Position numbers and translations under genes: made by a program. Source: Tubiluchus corallicola (taxonomy: Eukaryota > Animalia > Priapulida). From it: a stretch of DNA of 64,000 nucleotides. A model generated the notes under the pieces. It made no database searches. It saw nothing but the letters and a program-made list of their open reading frames with translations, and was not told the origin of the DNA. This document shows positions 53,701 to 64,000 of the stretch, piece by piece. The stretch is taken from positions 124,001-188,000 of the forward strand of contig JAQGDQ010000387.1 in assembly GCA_030141605.1 (NCBI GenBank), given 5' to 3'. Position 1 is the first letter of the stretch. The number at the start of each line of letters is the position of its first letter.

Positions 53701-56700
53701 TGATGCTGTTTTGTCACGATCATGTAATTTATACCAATCATGTGAATCTTTTTGATTGATTTTAATTTCAATATACAGAGTAAACTTAGGCGATTGCGCC
53801 TATTCTGGGATAAGAACGTCGTTAGGGATTAAAAATTGGCCAATAATACTGATATATGAAATTTTGGAATTTTGATTTTCCTAACTCCTCTGTTTACAAA
53901 TTCCCTACATGGGTAAGGGTCTATTTCTTGCCTAGATTGGCTTCTAAATTACTGACTCAATTTATAATGTAATGTAATGTATAAAGCTATGTCACCGTAT
54001 GTGACTGTTCTGTGAGTACAAAATAATTAGTGGCATGCAACACTGCATAATTTATGTTTTAAGGCAGTCGACAATCAGTCACGTTGCTTTGATGTACAGT
54101 GTTCCCTCGCTATTTCGCGGTTCGTTTATCGCCGACTCGCTGTTTCGCGGGTTTTTGCATTACTCCGTCTAAAGTATTTTTGCACATGCGTAGTACGTAT
54201 TATACAGTAATGTATAGATTTGATGAATTTTGCATAAAAAATCACAAACTGTATAAAAATATATTAAAAATATTAATTCTAACAGAATATTATAAATCAT
54301 AAAAAATTACCATTTACAGTAAATAGTTTATTTATTAGGCAAATGAATACACACCAAAACCGAAATGTAGTACTTGCGCACGCTTGAGATGTGGGATTGA
54401 CTTAAAATAATGTATAACTACTAAAATATGTATAGCATCCCTACTTTGCGGAAATGCACTTATCGTGGATGGGCATGGAACGGAACACCTGTGATAAGTG
54501 AGTGAACACTGTACTTAGTTTCTTAGTAAAATGTTGATATGCATTATTTCCCGCGCTTCTTTCTCAAAGCACTATTTTTGCAGTGTTGATACACAGCCAA
54601 CTTTAGGCCCATTTGCACTGTACCTTCAGTTAACTTTGAAAGAATCATCAATTCACTTTTGCCTTTTTTCATTTAACAGGCCTCCCCCTGATCCGGAACA
54701 ACTGACCAAACGACCACCGGTTGTCACTATAATGGGTCACGTGGACCACGGGAAGACGACATTGCTCGATGCATTGAGGAAGAGCAACATTGTGGAGAAA
54801 GAGTTTGGTGGTATCACCCAACATATCGGTGCTTTTTCTGGTAACTTTGCCATCATACGTTTTGAATTTAGAGCAGAAGTCAAGTCTGTCAGGAAGTTGA
54901 GCTTATTCTAATATTTGGAAAAAATGTTAGAAAATTTCAGCAGTAAAATTGTGATAAGCATCTCGTGCAATTAGTAAAATCAATTTAAAGTCGTGATCGC
55001 TTTACGCTTGGGCGCGTTCATTTTAGACGAAAAATGGCGTCATCCGGTTTCTGTGCAATATAAACACTTATCCCGCCAGGTGCTTCAGAATCTTTATTGG
55101 ACTCTATAAACTAAGTAACCAGCCCGGCAGCTACTACGTACTGTCAAGTTTACATGCGTATCTAAAAGTCAACAAAAATCTCTAAATTAGTTATTTAGAC
55201 AATTAATGTTAATTACTTACACATTTTAAGGTGTAATCTTGTAGATTAAAGTAATGTAGCCCCTTTAAATTTGATCATAATTGATCGAAAGATTAATTTC
55301 TAGAAAAACACGGTTAAACACAACGTTAGAATAACGGAACTTCTAAGCAAACGGTAGAAATTTTGCAACGCGTACCTTCACAGCCCAGCATACACCAGCT
55401 TACGTCATTTTTTTAAACATGTTGGTTACAACGTTCGTTCAGCGGGAGATAAAAAATATTTAAATTTCTTTTACATTTTTAAGCAAAGCATTTTATGCGC
55501 ATATTTTGTGTTGATATTTCAATATTTTTAAATGTACATTAAAATGCAATAAATGTTATTCGAGGATTGGTTCTTCCTTCAGTAGCTTTCAGTAGAATAC
55601 AGAATTTTAAAATTTATTAGAATTAGAATTTATTGTTAGATTTAAGTCATAAGTCATTTATTTCACATTACACATTTACAATAGTTTCATGTTCAATATC
55701 TAGTGAAAGGGTCGACAATGGATATAATACAAATAAGAAATACTGCACAGGAAAAGCCTCAAACACTGTTCACCTATATACGAAGGTAAATGTGTTGCGG
55801 GTAATCAAGAAGCAGGGCTTGTTAGATTGTCCCACACGGTGATAGAAAAAAAAATATGGAGATAATCTGAAAATTTAAAGTGAATCGTGATTAAAAAAAC
55901 ATTAGTGCTTAGAATGGAATGACGTAATGAATGAAGCTCATATATGGGATGATATGAAAGATAGAAAGACTATTATTTTTTAATAGTATGTAAATTTAAA
56001 ATAACATTTACCATGAGTATACAAGTGTACAATGATAATTTACACAGAAAGCGTTAAGTTAATGCAAATTTTGACACAGAAAACATCACATTAATTTTTA
56101 TTGAGGCTAGCGGTATGCCTCTGGCCAGCACCAGGAAGAAAATATTGTGTTGGTGCCGCCCAGATTAATGGTAAATTTGAAAAACAAAAACAAAAATGGT
56201 TAGTTGTACAGTTATTATAAATTGCTACATAAATACAATAAATAAATATATTTAATTCATTTTTATATACTGTAAACCAGATTCCAACATTCAATAGCAG
56301 AGCCTACTCGGTGTGGTGTTTGTGACGTCATTATCCAGGATATCCTTCTAAGATGAGCCACTGAACCAGCGGAAGTAAATTAGAACTTTCAAATTCCTAA
56401 CATAGCAAGAATAACATCCAATTTGGTCACTGCTAGTGTTCAGCAGAAATGTCGTTATTCCTTAATGATGATGATGATCAAAAATGACGTAAAGTGTACA
56501 CGAGACCACTTAGCTATTGATGCACTTTAAAAGCTTTTTTCATTATGTATAGTGTGCTTTATTTTAAACGTGTACTTTTAATTTGTCTTATAAAAGTTAT
56601 GTTTGCTAACTTAAAAAAGTAACCAATTGTCAATAAGGGAAATCTTTGTAAACTGATGATGGTAATCATGTCATTGCGTTATAATTTCATTGTTGTTTTA

Positions 56701-59700
56701 ATTAAAAACAGTGCAGTTACCAGACAAGAAGGAACTTATAACCTTTCTTGACACTCCTGGACATGCAGCGTTTTCGTCCATGCGGGCACGAGGGGCTCAC
56801 GCCACGGATATTGTGATCCTCGTCGTCGCCGCAGATGACGGCGTCATGGAACAGACAGTTGAGAGCATAAAGTATGCCAGGAATGCAGAAGGTGAGGAAA
56901 ACTGTGATTTTTGGATAGTAGGGAAATAGTCATTTTACTAAAGTAATGTAGTGTAAATTCTCTTTGTATAGTACACTCAGTGATGAGAATTTTCTGCGGA
57001 TACGCGGAATTCCGAGTTTTTGGAAGACCAGTAGTTCCATTTTTGTAAATCGCGTAAATTCGTTTAGAAAATTTTTACGGACCCAGTACATTATTTCACA
57101 AGCTGACCGCTAGTTGGCAGGCCGTCACTTTGTTTACATCACATACATCAGTGTAACCACGTGTATATCTCTATGTATAAAAATATAGAATCAATTGTGC
57201 GGAGTTATTTGAGTCAATTGCAGACAGTTTTTATATACTTTTGCATAGGAGCACCCAGTACTTAGGCGTTTTTGAGACAATCAGGTATCATGTATCCTTG
57301 ATAGTTGGGTATTTTAAATTATACATGAAACAAGGTAACTGATATTTTAAGTCCACTTAGAGGCTCTCTATGGTCGCAAAATTGCAATTTGTTGCTGCCT
57401 ACGGCCTGTTTCAGAGTTTTTTGCAATTTGTCATTCTCATCCCTGAGCACACTACCTTATTTAAAATCTTAGCACGCTAAACAATAAAATACATTTAAAA
57501 TTCATATGAAACATAAAATTTAAAAAACGTTAAAAATTAAAAATAATTCAGGACAAAAAATACAATTTAAACAAATATGTTTTAAAATGTTGTTAAAAAC
57601 AATCTAGTGGATTTGTAGAAAGTATAGCAACAGGTAAGTTGTTCCAATGACATGGAGCAGTGACAGAAAAATCTTTTTCACCATAGAATACTGTATTAGC
57701 AATTGGCTGATGTAAATTAATTTCTTCATTAGCATTAGAACGAAAAGTTCAAGATGTGTTACGGCATATCAAACGATCGGTAAGGTATGCAGGTGCCGAA
57801 CCATGTAGTATTTTGTAAGTGATACAAAGAGTTTTAAATTGAATTTTAAACTTTATCCGATTCTTGCGATATCCGTAAAATAACGAGATCCCGGAAACCA
57901 AGATATGAGTGTATGTTGATTTTAGTTTTGTTAACTGCAATAAATCTTATGTACTACTGAATTATTGTGTCGTTTTGCATTAGTTATACAGGGTGGACAC
58001 AAAAAAGTTAGCCCGTTTTAAAATGCCATAAAGCTTGCTATTAGGTTTAATCAAGGTTACTCAAGGAATTTAAAGTCCTATAAAAGTGTACAAATATCAA
58101 AAATTTAATAAACTTGTAATGCATTGCTGAAATGAAGAAGTTCATTTGTTGAAGTTTGCTGAACAGTTAGGCTCTATCAAATACTCAATTAATGGTGCAC
58201 GTTTGCAAAATGAAGTTAAGAATTGAGGAATTTCTGAGAAACTGTGGTGCTAATTAAAAAAGTTTTCATCTTCAAACGTTAGTAATGTCTTACTGTGCAT
58301 TCAGACTAACAAGACTTCAGACTTTTTTCACTCAAGTTTCCTTCCTGGCATGAAACTCGTGCAAGTGTGAACTGTTTTGCGAGTTTATGTCGTCAAGAAA
58401 TTGTTAACTTCGACAGTTACTTGGAGTTGATTTACTGTCTAGTGTGAACGCCTCAGCGAGTTAATCTCAGCACTTTTTACTGGGAACAGAAAAGTGTTAC
58501 TACTGGAGAGTAACTCGCAGCAATTTTTCTTGTCTAGTCTGAACATGCTTGCGAGTTATTGGTGAGAAAACTCACTAGTCTGAACATCCCATTAGTTTTC
58601 CCCTGCCAAGTTGTTTTGTGCAAAATATTTTTACCGCTGCAAATATTTCTCTCATGTCAAGTCTTAATAGGCAATTTTCATTATTATTTCTATAACATCT
58701 TGCTCATTTCGCCCTTTTTAATGCCTGTGACACTGGTTTACTTGTGACCACGAAAATTTCTTATTTCTTTCTTATAGTTGACATTTTAGTTGCGATAAAC
58801 AAAGTAGACAAGCCCGAAGCTGATATAGTAAGTACCGTGTTTATTAATTCTTTATTTTTATTTATTTAAAAAAATATTTTATAAATTTATGCTTTTAATA
58901 TGCTGTTGATGTTGAATAGGTGATAATTATTTTTGAGCTTTTTTGCATTGATACTCAACCTATTAAAATTAGAAACTGAAGTCCCGCTTCTATTAGTTTC
59001 ACTTCTTTTTTGATAGTGTCTTGCTATTTTGGAATATATATGAAATGTATTCTGGCTAAGTGCTAAATGAATATTACAGCGGTCATGGAATATGCATGGT
59101 TTACAAGTTGAGCACTGCTTGGTCTACTTACTAAATGGGTGGGTGTTATGCATTGTGACACATAGAGACTTACTTCCGTGTTGCTAACGAGCTTGTTTTG
59201 CTTTGCAGGAAAGAACAAAGAGGGAACTACTTGCTCAGGGTGTGGAGCTCGAAGACTACGGAGGAGATGTCCAGTCAGTGGCCATTTCAGCTTTGAAAGT
59301 ATGTACATTTTAAAAGAAATGCAAGTGCTGAGAATATTAGAAAATCTGCCAAGTGAAACAAACGTATTTCTGTGTTTTGGTTAAAATAAAGTTCTGTAAT
59401 TAGTGACCTGGAGGTTTGCATGTTTAGTCTCCTGAGATACCTTTCTACTTTTATAAATGTGGCATCCTATTGGGCTTTTTGTGCATTAAATTGCAACACT
59501 GATCGACCATTTTAAAACCAAAAGTAATCCTCTAGACGGTCTATTGAGTGTTTTATTGTTCATGCAGACAATTTGTTAGTAATAAAGCTCAAATTGGAAG
59601 TGTTATTAATTGATAATTTTTCAATTTGACGTCTAATCGTAATTTAATCCACTACATTTTACTAGTTTGCATTTCGCATGGGCCATGAGTCTCAAATCTG

Positions 59701-62700
59701 AAATAGGGGATTTTTATAATTTGTTTGTTCAACCTTACACCTGAATACAAGATGGGCGAACCCAGCAGTTGCACTGGTCATATTTTGATGTATATGGATG
59801 TATGTTGTTTCGGTGCTTCTACATTCTAAATAAACATGGCACGTTCCACTTGTTGACATGCCATACATTTCTGTCCACTGCCCCGCATGGTCACTCAAAT
59901 CTAGAGTTGTATTTGCTAAATCTTTTTGCAGTATATTTATATACGTCATTAACTGACCTTCTCTCCACTTTTTTGTCGTTTTAAGAGTTTTACGTAAAGG
60001 TGATGAACTAGCCACTCAAATGCTAAATTGCATTTGTGTGGTAATAATTCTCTCACCTAAGCCGTTTTTGAAAAAAATAGGATGTTCTCCATTCAAGATT
60101 TTATTGTTTTGTCCTTCAGTTTAAGATCGGTTTTCCTTTAATTTTGCCTTGCATTGTTAGGGCACAGGTTTGGCTGAGTTGCAAGACGCTGTTTTAACTC
60201 AAGCTGAACTAATGGATCTGAAGGGTGATAATTCAGGACTGGCTGAGGGAATTGTGATCGAGTCAAGAACTGACCAAGCTCGTGGCGGGTAAAAGTAGTT
60301 TTAAATTTCATTTTGAATGGACATTTTTGATTTTTGTAGAGTAAAAATGATATGTGAAGATTTTAGTGCAAAAGAAGCTGTGGCCAGCAGGTTTTAAATA
60401 AGGATCATACCTCTCCCTCATAGTAAAAGGCACTCAACCATATTAATTCTATCTATTCTTCCAGGTAGATGTACACTCATATTTCGGTTTGCCGACAAAA
60501 GCGTGGGTCTGTATTTTTCATTACTAAGCTAATACGGTATTAGACACACGGTAATGTGGAATCAATCGCCTAATTGTCTCAAAAACGTCTAGTACAGGCC
60601 GCTCCTAGACAAAAGTATAGAAAAACTGTCATCAGTTGACTCATATAACTCTGCATAATTGATTCTATATTTCTATATATAGAAATATACATGCGGCTAC
60701 ACTGATGTACGTGATGTAAACAAAGTGACGGCCCGCCAACTAGCGGTCAGCTCGCAAAACATCAGACTGTGTTCGCATTATGCGGAACTTTTAACGGACC
60801 AGATTTTGTCCGAATTTTCCAATATGTATAAAATTCACATACGGCAAACCGAGACATGAGTGTATTTATGAAAGAGACCCACATTATCATGTAGCCTGGT
60901 TTCTCCTGATTCTAAAGAGATATAAATTTTGCTCCGAGATGTGTGACCATGTTCCACTAAACTGTTTACATGGAGTTCCGGCAATAAACAAGAAATGAAC
61001 ATTTTTAAATGTTTTTTTTGCCCACCATTCCTTAATTAACATCGTGAGTAATAAAGCCAAATTTTAATTGTTTTTCATCTAATAGTTTCCAGTTTGACTC
61101 TGGCCAAAATTTAGACACAAGTGTTCGCTAGATTTCTTGCATGTAGACGTCATATTGCAGAAAACATCTGTCAAGAACTATGCCGGTATGGCATATCCCA
61201 AGTTAAGGTGTTTTTACTCTGTTTACATGAATCGTTGTGGTTCTTGCAAACCTTGCAAACTGGTTCTCGAATGTAAACGTAATGTTAAATTTGCATCGTA
61301 ATCAATTACACATGTAATTGTCATTCACGTCTCTAGTATAGCTAGCAACGTGTCCAACTGGCCATGTAATTAGATGAATTAGGGTTTTGTCATAGATCCA
61401 TATATAGTAATTTTTCTGCGCAAAAGGCCTAGCTAGCCAAGGGTCACATAGCGTTGACAATCGCTGTTGCTCCTTTGCTCATTATCAAGGATGACCATGA
61501 GCACAATATAATAGGCATGTCTAAGGTCTTTTTGTATTAGACTTAATGTATACATTTAATGTAATCATGTCGTAATTTTGTCATATTCTTTTCTCTTTAC
61601 TAAAACATAGAACTAAAATGAAGGTTTCTTATAATAGACCAGTAAACCTTTATTACTAAACGTGTACTATTTACTCTTGTTTCATAATCATTGTAAATAT
61701 CATAATTGTAAAAATGTAATATTCAGCAATAATTATGCGCATATTTTAATTATTTGTTCTTATTTTTGATAGAATAGAAAAAGTACATACATGTAGAAAA
61801 TTGCTGCAAAGTATACTCAATTCAGTATTTGCTTTGCAGCGAAAATGCAAAGGTAATTGAATTCAAGGCATTCAGTCGCTCAAGTTTTGCCCTCCCACCT
61901 ATTTTTACAAAAATTCAAACTTTTTACATAAAGCTAAAAAGTTAAAAACATTCAATTAAATCGTAAAAATCAGATAAAATATTTTTGAAGAATAAAAACT
62001 AACCATTCATCGTAATAAAATTAAGTGTTTTCGACAACTTCCTAGTGACGCTTGGTGGGATCACAGAGGGAAATTTAAAATTTTTGAAATTGCCTCTTCC
62101 AGGACAAAGGGCTACATAGACATAGACATTTATTTTCTCCAAATGTGTCATAAATTTCCATTTTATGAGAAAATAACTTTATCCGTGGAGATGGGGCGAG
62201 GAAAGACCGTAGGTCATCTAGTCAGCAACCCCTTATAATTTAATATTCTAATAGCACAAAAAAGAATCGATGACACTGGATGCAATTATTGTTAATTACG
62301 TAAATAAAATAATCAAAATAAAGCAATAACAAAAAGAAAAATATAAAAACAAACATAACAACAATGGCGTAACTGAAAAAAAAGAATAATAATAAATGAA
62401 GATGATGAATAAGTATCACAAAAATTAGTTACGAATTAAATAAAATACTAATGTACAACTGTGTTAACAGTAACATCATTTTTGCAGAAAATTGGCAACA
62501 ATATTGGTACAAAGAGGAACTCTTAAAAAGGGTAACATCTTGGTAGCAGGCACCAGTATGGCTAAGGTAAGTGTATGATTTTTTTGAAGACATAAACTAG
62601 TTTCTGGTTATAAATTGCCAAAATTCTCAACAGTGAAAACTAGAAAAATATTTGTAAGTACAAAAAAAATTTTTGTCGTTAATTCCTTCAGAACCTTGTC

Positions 62701-63587
62701 ATTCAGAATAGGTCTTATAAGACCTATGACTTTTCTGCTATTGTGTAAACACAGACATAACTAAATGATTACAAATTAAGTATTGTTCTATTCAGGAGAA
62801 TCTCAGCTATCCAATCATCCTATTTATTTGAACATTTATATATGATTTAATTTGATAAAATAAAGAAAAACACGCCCTTTTCAGGCACTCCAACTTAGCT
62901 TATTAAGTAGCTTAGTCTAGTATACACTTGCGTGATCGTACACACTAATTTATTGATCACTTGCTTGCTAGAGCCCAAGCTGTGCAGTGTTCTGCTGCTA
63001 TTCCAGGAAAAACCAACTGATCAGCCTGGGACAAATTAAAGTCGTTTCATCTTCTGACAGGAATTTCTCCTTAAAAATGGAGTAGACTTGAGTCCAAAGT
63101 GTGCCTGAGTGTTGCGTCTGGATTGCTGAAATTATCTGTATTAGGTCATTTCACAAGTAATACTGTACTTTGTTGCAGTGCAAACATTGCAGTTACTGAA
63201 AGGTTTTTTCTATTTATTCGTCAAAAATCTATTTTTAATTTGCTTAAAACAAATGCATTTCGTATATAATTTTGCATGAAGGTCCATTGTGTGAGGAGTA
63301 GAAACCTACAAAAATTATCAAATATACTATAATCATTGCTTAGTGAGAGCAGTTTCTGTGCAAAATGCAGCAAATTCTTACGGTTCTGAAGGAGTTAAGG
63401 AGCATCTTATAAGCCGTAACCATAAATCACTTGCGGTTAAAAATTACCAAAATCATTTTAGGTTAGGTTAATGCTCGATGATACGGGAGAATCCGTAATT
63501 TCTGCACCGCCGAGCACACCCGTGGAGGTTACTGGATGGAGGGAACTACCACATCCTGGTGATGAGGTATTACAAGTGGAATCTGAG
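50785..63587 (+). CDS. MTIF2: Mitochondrial translation initiation factor IF-2, 3'-partial
   Basis: Exons 50785-50885, 51649-51751, 52178-52325, 53057-53125, 53563-53674, 54680-54840, 56712-56891, 58778-58827, 59209-59298, 60161-60288, 62488-62566, 63462-63587, with consistent phases. Basic presequence with RHFSTS. Motifs [56 protein letters not shown]. Continues beyond the window; the first two exons are less certain. Confidence 0.93.
51969..52003 (+). ncRNA. Degenerate Penelope-type minimal hammerhead motif
   Basis: TTGATGA-T-GACAG-CAGTAGCT-CTGTC-GAAA-CGTT: a CUGANGA-like box with C>T, a 5-bp stem II, a GAAA box and palindromic AACGTT. Confidence 0.55.
54097..54511. mobile_element. pogo/Tigger-like MITE
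   Basis: TA-CAGTGTTCCCTCGCT / AGTGAGTGAACACTG-TA termini. Confidence 0.8.
56972..57913. mobile_element. MITE copy carrying an internal L2-like LINE 3' fragment (minus strand, ~57480-57850)
   Basis: TACACTCA ... AGATATGAGTGTA termini, with core shared with the 26150 and 60472 copies. Minus-strand translation [21 protein letters not shown] and [13 protein letters not shown] is typical of the L2-group ORF2 end. Confidence 0.7.
60472..60864. mobile_element. MITE, inverted relative to the 26150 and 56972 copies
   Basis: TIR TACACTCATATTTCGGTTTGCC / GGCAAACCGAGACATGAGTGTA. Confidence 0.85.
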
Positions 63588-64000
63588 GTATGAGTGCAGT
63601 GTAGCAATTTTATGGAAACTCAAACTTACCTCAATCATCTGTTATACAAGAAACATTTAGTCTGCAGCAACAAGCTTAAGATGTTTTAATTAGAAATTTA
63701 AAACTGAAGTGATCTGGCGAAAACATGGCTGTCAAAAACATGAAATACTTGGTTGTCACTGAAGTGAAAACTTAATGCACAAAAGAACACCCTTCATAAA
63801 TAAAACTTAAAAAATTTGTCTTCAAATTTTATATCACCTACATGTTGCCTTATTGTGCACAGAGGTTCTGTTAGCAGTAACGCTGTATAAAACTTGCAAA
63901 TTTAAATTCCTGTGACGACTGTTAGGCACAGCCATTTTAACAATAAGTCATTTAAGTTTAGACAATATTGCATAAAGTTTGAAAACGTAATCACAGCATT

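Noticed and set aside
54680-56891. Bacterial infB contamination or horizontal transfer
   Set aside because: Split by spliceosomal introns and preceded by a mitochondrial presequence, so it is ordinary nuclear MTIF2.

Overview
AT-rich, intron-rich animal (invertebrate-like) nuclear DNA; nothing prokaryotic and no CRISPR array. Left to right: (1) a full-length, apparently recent RTE-clade LINE (356-3527; intact 997-aa endonuclease/RT ORF, perfect 16-bp target-site duplication) whose 5' end is a twister ribozyme core starting exactly at the expected cleavage position; (2) 15-exon PEX6 (5063-23585); (3) a 3-exon, 91-aa CEBPZOS-like microprotein gene; (4) 9-exon BABAM2/BRE, with an in-frame TAG and a short gap in its last exon just before the conserved YPYSPRW tail; (5) a class A GPCR with a non-canonical NVFVY motif nested antisense in BABAM2 intron 5; (6) a decayed RTE-like LINE; (7) the 5' part of mitochondrial IF2 (MTIF2), running off the end. 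Introns hold many MITEs, a solo LTR, SINE and LINE remnants, a degenerate Penelope-type hammerhead and several minisatellites. Exon coordinates were derived by hand from GT-AG sites and frame continuity. Family assignments rest on recalled motifs, not database searches.
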